DNA of 59,162 nt, counting the filler, from Basidiobolus ranarum (Eukaryota), in assembly GCA_040143965.1 (NCBI GenBank). It is 8 parts of 8 records of this genome, joined end to end, with 100 filler letters (N's around TTAATTAATTAA, not from the genome) between each part and the next. Parts side by side here need not be neighbours in the genome. Positions count along the whole stretch, not along the records: positions 44,472 to 51,770 come from JASJQH010008021.1; positions 51,871 to 59,162 come from JASJQH010008022.1; 6 more parts are not named here. One strand, 5' to 3'. The notes under the pieces are model-generated. The model saw only the letters and a list, made by a program, of their open reading frames with translations, was not told the origin of the DNA and searched no databases. The position numbers and the translations under genes are program-made. Positions 50,506 to 59,162 of the stretch are shown one piece after another; within the stretch, counting starts at the first letter, position 1, and each line of letters starts with the position of its first letter.

Positions 50506-51770
50506 TTATTTGATTCTTGACTTTTTGTTCTCATTGTCAATGAATTTCCTGTCTACTTTACATAAAGTAGAACTGTCAAAGCCATCTTCTTCACCAGAAT
50601 CATCAGAATCTTGTTGTTGACGACCAATAGAATAACGGAGAATACCCTCCATCATATCATTTGTCTTCAGATGGTGTTGAAATCCTTGACCAAGAATATG
50701 TCTAAATGCATTCAATGGCAAAATCTTTGCCCAACCACGGAAGGTAAGAATCTTTCCACCAATTTTAAGTTCTTCTGTGGGTTTCACATTCTCCTCAACA
50801 CTTTTAACCACATCACGGAATACTGCCCTTTGTTCTGCTCGATCACTCTTTGCTCTACGACGACTGCTATCAATGGATAATTCCTTCAATGTGTAAATCA
50901 AACCATCGATATTGTCGTATTCAGGTTTAACAAGCTCTTCTTCACCATCATCATCAGAGTCCGAGTCTGATGACCAAAAGTTATTTGCAGTTTCAAAGAT
51001 TAAACCAACATTTTCACCAGCGGAGATTCGAATGTCTTTGTCTCGGCTTTCCAGCAACATCTCATGCACAGGCATCACCCTGAATATCAACAAACCCGTC
51101 AATAAAAACTCCATCAATAAAAAAGCTCACTCTATGATAAATTAGGTATCAGCTTACTTTTCTAATTCCTCCCATAACATATCAGAGTCTACAAGACCTG
51201 TAGTAAATGAAGCAGCAAACAATAAACCATATGCTTGAAGGACCTCGCTGAATAAATTATCCAAATCGGTAGATGATAAATCAGAGACATTGAAGTCAGC
51301 ACCATCTGTTTCAATGAAATTAAACAAGTAATCTCTCGCTAACTGCTTATCAATATCTGATGCGGCGGTATAAGTGATCAAAGACAAAGTTTGGAGACAC
51401 TAGAGATTAGATAAGATTTAGTAAGAGATCTAAAATAAAATAAGATATCATAGCTTCTTACACTAATTTTAATATCCACTTGTTCGCTATCCTTGATTCT
51501 ATTTCTCAACGAAGGTAGGATTCGGCGGTATAGATCATCACTTTCACTTTCTGAAATATCTTCCATATTGATAAATGTCAATGCGATAGCCTTGGAAGCA
51601 AGACATGCTTCATTAGTGCTTGAGTTCTTTAACAAGGATCTCTTTAATAAACCCAAGATTTCTTCTAAGCGACTCTCAATTTGAGGGGATGCATGATGAT
51701 TTGCCAAGATATGGACAAGTGTCTCGAGTAATTCTTCTCGGTTGCTGCTTTAAACCGTGTTAAAATAATC
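50506..51770 (-). CDS. IFRD (interferon-related developmental regulator) family protein, 3' exons
   Basis: RISAGENVGLIFE, LKELSIDSSRRRAKSDRAEQRAVFRDV, FRHILGQGFQHHLKTN; canonical introns; 5' part lies beyond the contig end. Confidence 0.85.
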
Positions 51771-51870
51771 NNNNNNNNNNNNNNNNNNNNNNNNNNNNNN
51801 NNNNNNNNNNNNNNTTAATTAATTAANNNNNNNNNNNNNNNNNNNNNNNNNNNNNNNNNNNNNNNNNNNN
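51771..51870. other. Artificial contig-joining spacer
   Basis: 44N-TTAATTAATTAA-44N. Confidence 0.99.
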
Positions 51871-51994
51871 TGATCCAGTATTGTCAAAATATCTTAAAAG
51901 ATTGATGTCTTGATTGTCACTTTGTTTAGATTAGTATTTAAGCTAAATAAAGTCCACACCATCTGGTGCTTTTCATCCCCCTAACCCTAACCCT
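51871..51994. repeat. Dispersed repeat copy B ending in telomeric CCCTAACCCTAACCCT
   Basis: Matches 29852-29965 up to CCCCCTAA, then continues as CCCTAACCCT. Confidence 0.85.
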
Positions 51995-52414
51995 TACTTC
52001 TTAGACCTTATCACTAAAGAAGAGGCCAATCTTCACACCCTGGCTCGTGGAGAATAGATCAATTATGCCTGGTCAAAAGCCTCCCCTGATAGAACCAAGG
52101 AGTTGGAAGTTGATCAGATTCAACTAGGTAAATGGGTGATATCGGGAAGTCTTTGCTCAAATGTGGTCGTAACTACGAACCTAGTGGTAATGTATAGCAA
52201 GTATCCGTATTTTACGCCATACCTCTAGCTGAAAAGAAGGAAGATTGGCTGAATGGAATGCTTTAAGGATGGGATGGGTTCTCTCAATGAGTTCACTCGA
52301 AGGGCTAATGATTACATCGATGTCCCTGGTGCCCATTACACGCCCATGAACCATCACTACGTTCCTTCGTTCCAGAAGTACCTCTGCGCACAACTTGGCG
52401 GATCAGGAATTTGA
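51995..52414 (+). pseudogene. Remnant C-terminal thioesterase domain of an A-T-TE NRPS-like enzyme (atromentin/terrequinone/furanone synthetase type)
   Basis: Across frames: YFLDLITKEEA..ASPDRTKELEVD..KWV..CGRNYEPSGNV*QVSVFYAIPLAEKKEDWLNGML*GWD/EFTRRANDYIDVPGAHYTPMNHHYVPSFQ; stops and frameshifts. Confidence 0.8.
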
Positions 52415-52806
52415 ACTTTTTTTCTCTTTATGTATACATCTCATATCACACAAACAGAAGAATAAGACACAAACAAAAGAATAAACAATAAATCATCAAA
52501 CTAAACATAGCTCAGGAGACTGCAAAGTCGGATATAAGAAAGTGGTTATAATTTTTGTTGAAACTTAGGTAACGCATGCTGAAGTAGAGGCTGGCCCAGG
52601 GTAGGTAGATCTTATGACTCATCCAATGCAAATAAGCTCTGAATGTGATGTTGAGAGTACTTTATTTTAGAATATACGACTTATAATATATGACTAGATT
52701 GAGATTGATCACATGTATTTGAATTTAATCACCTGCTATTTCAAGCTCAGCCATCAACAATCAGAAAAGGTGTCTACACCATGGCCTAAGCGTAACCCTA
52801 ATCTAC

Positions 52807-55800
52807 TTAACCCCATACATCCTCATTATATTTCCCGTGTTGTTGAAGTTGTTGGAAATAGGTATGTGCTTCTTCTGCACGCAACCCTCCAACCTGCTCG
52901 AATATAGCTGTGACAGTCGTACTAACATCACGAGCCATGCCGGAGGCAGAGCCACATACGTAAAAGGCACCTCCTTTGTTATGGATTAGATCCCACACTA
53001 AGGCCGCAGAAGCTAGTAAGTTGTGCTGAACGTATCTTTTGGGGTCACCAATTCGTGAGAAAGCCATTGTTAACTGATCTAGTGTTCCATCAGCTACAAA
53101 CTCTTCAAGTTCATCTTTATATATGAAGTCGTGTTCAGGAGATCGGCAACCAAAGAATAAATATGTGGTTGACTCGCCACCTTTTTTACTCGATTTACAG
53201 CCCTTCAGTCGACGCTCTTGTAAGAAACCACGGAAGGGTGCGATGCCTGTGCCTGCGCAAACCATGATCAAAGGGACTGTAGGATCCTCGGGTAGATGAA
53301 ATACATCTTTAGCATTCCGAATATTGGCACGTATAGGTTTTCCGGGATTACAGTTGGATAGGAATCCTGTGCACAGACCTTTGTATATCTTGTTTTGAAC
53401 CACATCTTCCACAATCCCCACACACAAGTGGGCGACATTTTTATGAACTTGTGGGCAACTTGCGATGGAGTATCTACGCTTAGTCATAACCGGCATAGCA
53501 CATAAGAAACTCAGAAAGTTGAGTGTTTTAATCATTGGGTAGTTCTTTAAAAGATCTATTAAGCACCGATTTTGTTTTACGAAACCTGTGTAGATCTCGC
53601 TTCCTTTTTCTCCAGTTTGGCACATGGATTCAAAGTATTGCTTTTCCGACTCGGTCTGGGAAATAGCTGATAAGCAGACACCAATGAACTGACGAGAAGG
53701 TGCCGCTTGAAGATCTGCATAGTTAGTTAAAACATGACGAACAGTATGTGGTCCTTTCAAATTGGCAGCCAGGGATCGTGAGCTCAGGTGGGAATTTGAC
53801 GAATCTTCGATTTTAACTTCGAATACTGCATCTAGGGCATAACCGAGTGTGATTGCTACTTCTTCCACTAAGTTGGGATCGTTCTCAGGGAATATTTCCA
53901 GATGATCCCCTGTCTGATAAATTTGATCTTCAGGTAACTGAATCTCCAAATGACGAGTGCTACGACCACTGCTTTCAACATTTTGAAGTTCCATATTTTT
54001 CCGAATAATTGCCAATTCTGGCTCCTTAGGCTGACTTGGTTTGTCTTTGAGGTTTTCTGCTGAAATGAATTGCAATGACACTCCTTTTGTAGGATCTCCT
54101 GAATTGGAAGTAGCTAATGAGCCAAGACTAGCACCTTCCAAGCCAAAATCAGCTAACAAAGCGGCATAAAATCTAGCTAACCATTCAGCAAAATCAGCAT
54201 CAACGTCTGAATCAGCATTACCAGCTCCAACAGGAAACAGTTGCTCTGCTCCGAGAAACTCCATTCTATCATTTACCTTTTTAGGGAAATTTTGATAGGT
54301 TCTCCATTGTTTGTTACCACATCCAAATACAGCGTAACGAAGCCCATTGAACGGTAGAATACCACTCTCTTTGTTTGCACTAATAAATTTGTCAAATTCA
54401 ACTGCATTGTCAGGTGGAAATCCGTTGTATGTGCTGGTAATGATCATAACTATAGGCTTAGTCTTTTCATCGTGGATTTCACCAGATTCGTATTTTCCAT
54501 TGGTCAGTACTTCCCAATCGTCCAAGGATGTTATGTCAACATTGGAAAATCCCAAATTTCTAGCATAGCCAGCTACCTTGTTAGCATACTCTTCTGACAT
54601 GCCCATATTGGAGCCAAAGAGAACTGTAAATTTAGGAAGTTGGATATTTGATGGAGGGGCCTTAGAGATAGTTAAAGCATCTGACAGCTGGGTGAAAGCG
54701 GTCGGCCCTTCAGAAGGTGGCTGTGTTGTCGGTTCAGGGAAACTAGTCCTGCGTTTAATATTGAAGTATAAGTCTTTTGGCTTTATAATTGCACCAGAGG
54801 CTATGTCAATATGGATAGGTTTGTCATCTGGCAATTGGAATTCAAATTTCCTCAACAGCATAGCCTAGAAGGATTGTTAATAAATACTACCAATATGCTA
54901 ATAAAAGACTATATGGCGAAAGTATTGTACCAGAATGATTTTTGCTTCTTGCATTGCGAATTGCAATCCAATACATCCACGAGCCCCGATAGAGAATGGC
55001 AACCAGGAGTATCGTGACCTTTTAGATTCTTCACTAGAGTTGAATCTATCTGGATTAAATACACTAGGATTTTCCCTACGAATCATATTATGTTAGAAAT
55101 GTACATGATGCACTATCACAGGTAAGAGATGTACCAAATATTTGGGTTATGATGCAGGGCATAGATTTGCACTTGCACAACGGTTCCCTCTTCGGCGAAA
55201 TACCCAAAAGGAAGTCTACAGTCCTTTATGCAGCTCTTTTGAAGCAGTGCCAGAGGTGGATACATTCTTAATGTTTCTTTCAACACCTACATTTACATTC
55301 AGTTAGATGGCTGTTGAATGTAACTAACAATCAAAGCTCTATTCACCTGAGTAAGGTACTTGAGGCGCGATATTTGAGCAGTAGTGGGCAGGTCATCATT
55401 GTTAATCCCAACATTGGCAATTTCTTGGAGAACATTTTTCAAGATAGCAGGGTTTTTTGCTAAGCAATACAGGCACCATGAGAGAGTGTTTGACGTAGTC
55501 TCATGACCAGCTATTAAGAAAGTAACCACCTGGTCACGAATCACCTCATCTGGTAATTTCTGGCCGGTGGATTTATCACTAGCATTGAGCATAAACCCAA
55601 GAAGATCTTTAGATTCATCCTCACCCTGTGGACAGCTCTTACGTTGAACAATCACCTAAATGAATAGGAATTTAACAGTTAGTTTGTGGAAGTGCTTAGA
55701 TTTCACTACTACAAGAAGAATACCTCGTCTACGGTATCCTTCATGAGTTTCATCATTCGATCAAATTGATAGTTTGACCATATAGGCAGCAGCTTCCAGT

Positions 55801-56970
55801 ATTGTGAGCGGAAGGCCCTAGTACGAGCTTGACTGTAGTGATGTTAATTTCAAGTAGTTCATATGTAAGCCATTCTAAGCCAACCTACCCTAAACAAAAT
55901 GACATCGCGTCAATCTAGTAAAATGTTACTAAAAGTCATTAAACTTGACTTATATTATATGCTTTACTTACAAATGGATGAATTGGTGAATCCTTCGACT
56001 CCAAGAGTCCGAAATCAAAGCCAAATCCAACGCGCCCAATAGTCTCGAATGCTGTAAATTATTGATCGTAAATCGATATGATCTCTCACTACGAATCATC
56101 AGGAGTCTACTTACTGATCTTTGTCATCCAGGGTGAGATTAAGACAGGTTCTTGTCCTCCACTAATGTCTTCCAGAACATTCACCAGTTTCTTCCCTAAT
56201 TTGGCCATCTCTGTAGCATAAGCCTTTGTTTGATAGTGTTAGTAGCCAAGCTAAATCAATGTGGTACTTTGCCAAATTACCTTCATTGCAGATGCCGAAA
56301 AAGCTGGCATTAGTAGTTTGTGAGCTAGTTTCCATATTTGTTCGTCAGAATCAGTAGTGAACAACCCATCTCCACCGATTGCCTTAACTTCAGCAAATGG
56401 TAAAACGATTTTCTTGGTGAAATATTCGTTTTCTTGAGCAAACAACTCGGCTATGGCTGGGTGATTAGTAGTAAGTGATCTCCGCTGAAAGGAGTACAAT
56501 TGCAATAAAGGGGAATCATATTCTTTGAAGAATTCTGCAACTGATCCAATAACATCGGGTAGTATATAAGGTAGTGTACCAAATAAGGGTACTGTAGGAG
56601 GAGTAGCAATTTCACGATAAGATGTTCCATTTAGGACCACAAAAGCTACATCCTTGGAGATAAGCTGCTCAACAGAGTTGATGGCTTCACCGTCCCTATC
56701 GTGAAACTCAATACCTTCACTACTAGAAATGTTCATTTTTTGTCCACACTCTCTTTTCACATCCTCCATGCTATTATAAGGCTGAATTTGGATGCTTACT
56801 CCGCTTTTACTTTCATCTTCTCCAGAAAATGAGACCCTGAGGGTTGTTTGATTGTCAGTTAGTGCTGTGTCTACTTGGGTTAGACTGTCCGGTAGCGAGT
56901 TTTCACACTTCAAGATAGAACTCTTGGGTGAGAGATCGACACCAGAATCTGAAGAGTATGCAACTGTCAT
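52807..56970 (-). CDS. Self-sufficient cytochrome P450-NADPH reductase fusion (CYP505/CYP102-like) with N-terminal extension, about 9 exons
   Basis: P450 motifs GDGLFT, AGHETT, ETLR, PDRF, PFSIGARGCIG. Reductase motifs FGSNMGMSEEYA, STYNG, FGCGN, RRYSIAS, GTGIAPFRGF, FFGCR, C-terminal DVWG. Confidence 0.95.
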
Positions 56971-58748
56971 AAAAGCAATAGATGATTTGTTTGTAGTTTA
57001 ATAATGCATACGTTGTACTCTATTTATAATATCTCCCATGAGTTTGTAAGTTGGTACTGTGTTACATTCATCGAACTATACCAAGGCCTTGCGATACTAA
57101 TTTGCAAGTAGAGGACGACTTCCGCAGTTTGTATACGCTCATAACCTGATCCATTCACTGGCCTATCTTTACTCCTATTTTCCATGTTACTAGTTAAAGC
57201 CCAGCTTTCTCGGAACTGACTCCGTGATTACCGAGGATATGTACGTGTGTCTAACATTTGACAATACAAGTATCAAGTTAGTGGATTTAATATCAGCGCC
57301 ATTGGATTACCTGACTGATCTGCAATCCACAACATATTCACCCAAGCCCATACCATCCAAATGAGACAGTCATAATAATAATAATAGGTGAGCTGGCCTC
57401 TTACCGTGATGCCTCGTGTACAGCTGTTGTTCAATCATGTATACCCCGTGATCAATGGTGGCGAATGATTATCGAAGTGTGTAAGATATTTCGGGATTCT
57501 CGAATCTAAACCCCGAGGCTACACAAAAGGTTATTATTGTGATAGGACATCCTCCTCAGGGTCATCCAATTAGACTCACCATGTTTTGAAAGATTCTTAT
57601 TATTTATGCATATTCTACCGAAACTTCTAACCCTACACCTAAATAGAGTCATTTTCATTGTAACCTTGGATGAATATGAGAAGTTAGAGATCAATAAACC
57701 TAGGGGAAATGTGTATCTAGGAAAGAGTGAATATAGTCTCTCGACAAATACCATTTGTATACGTTGACATGTAACCAAGTTAGTAAATCAGTATTTTTAC
57801 TTTTCCGAATAAGCATCCTACACGTATATGTGTACACGTTTATGTGTAGTTTAAGAAAGACTTCCAGCTAACTGCGGATGGCGAGATATTATATCCATTA
57901 ATTTTAAACATAGTGGACACTACGTACTTGGTAAGATGACAAACTATGACGCGTCTCACTATAAAATGAATATTCGTTAACTCTATATCCTGAATTTGAA
58001 TGATAAACCTGCCCACCATCGAGTCTTAGACCGTGAATTTTCAAATTCACCATTACTTTTATCTTTTATAAGCATAATAAACCATCCTCAAATTGACATG
58101 ATACTTCAACATTCTAAATACAATCATTACTGAAAAAGATACATCAACTCTTCTATAATGTAAACAATTTCTTGAATCTAGCGATTAGAAGAAAGAATAG
58201 CGAGTCTCTCGAAAGCCAACATAGTCGGTAACGAAACCGATGGTAGTACAGGGTATTGATATTCATGGAATATATACTTGGTATATTTCAACTACCCGAC
58301 CAACATTCACGGTAAGTATAATCGGAATTCTGGGACGGTAAATCTTTTTTTCCCTAAAAACCCAAGGAATACAATGTGAAAACTTTCCCAGGTGACGAGA
58401 GTTTGCGCAATCATTTCAATTGTATCTTGTAGTGAATTGATGTTTAATGGATTTGCAATCCATATATCATTATAATTTTGCTGACACATTATTCCATTGT
58501 CAAGCTTCATAGTGGGTAACTTCTATAGAATAAACAGGACTACCAATAGGTAATGAGTAAGGTCCTATAGATATGTTGTTTTCTATTTCTGATATACATA
58601 TCACAACTAAAGTTAACCAAGATGTTGCATAAAGATTAATTATCTAACACCTTCCCTTAATTCTTATTTATTTACTTAATTAACTTCCCAAAGCTTGAAG
58701 TTTTGAGTGGTTTTGTTAGTATATTAAGATATGATTAACTTGATCATA

Positions 58749-59162
58749 TCCTATTTCCTTGAGAAGACTCCTTAGCCATATAGCTTATTGAATAGCCATA
58801 GAGCATGCCATATATTCTGCTTCTGTAGTTGAAAATGTGACAGTTTGCTGTTTGTTACTAATCCAGCTTATTGGTCTATAAACTAGCTTAAGCACATATC
58901 CAGTTCTGGACTCATAGTCATATGTATTGTTAGCCTAGGCTGCAGCAGTATATCCTTCCAAAATGAGTGATATGCTATATTGCTTACTAACTTGAGTTCC
59001 ATGATATCTTGTTCCTTTCAGATAGTGTATTATCTGTTTCACAGCTATCCAATGTTCCATTGCAGGATTCTCCATATATTTGCTTATTATGCTTATAGTG
59101 ATTCCAAGACAATATGTTAGTGATCCAATATTTTGCTTTTCAAACTTGGTAGATAGCTAGGT
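58749..59162 (-). mobile_element. Degenerate Ty1/copia pol fragment (RT end + RNase H)
   Basis: KFEKQNIGSLTYCLGI / SKYMENPAMEHWIAVKQIIHYLKGT / LEGY..SRTGYVLKL..PISWISNKQQTVTFSTTEAEYMA..AIWLRSLLKEIG; stops and an internal deletion. Confidence 0.9.

Noticed and set aside
40638-56970. HCP-reductase, peptide genes and P450-reductase as one gene cluster
   Set aside because: They lie on three different contigs separated by artificial spacers.

Overview
Eukaryotic, fungal-type DNA with short GT-AG introns. An early-diverging fungus, possibly Basidiobolus-like, is inferred from gene content only. The window is not one locus: it is eight separate contigs of about 7.3 kb, in descending length, joined by artificial 100-nt spacers (44N-TTAATTAATTAA-44N), so gene neighbourhoods mean something only within a contig. 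Ordinary genes: S8 subtilisin, F-BAR/RhoGAP, cyclin (partial), UTP20 (partial), striatin, branched-chain aminotransferase, NmrA-like protein, GAPDH (partial), Sro7/tomosyn (partial), GNAT, EMC4, IFRD-like (partial). Best candidate for a new system: an intronless 1192-aa ORF (40638-44216, minus) that fuses a complete FMN/FAD/NAD(P)H diflavin reductase to a complete hybrid-cluster (prismane) protein, predicted to be a self-sufficient NO/hydroxylamine reductase and lying beside intron-containing fungal genes. Other highlights: a family of tiny secreted CC-C-CC-C disulfide peptides (two intact genes and one pseudogene); a decayed intron-containing Fanzor nuclease; telomeric TTAGGG seeds sitting at several gene-breakage junctions; a self-sufficient P450-reductase with an extra N-terminal domain next to a remnant NRPS-like thioesterase; a bacterial-type ketosteroid-isomerase-like gene; and many pseudogenes and transposon relics.
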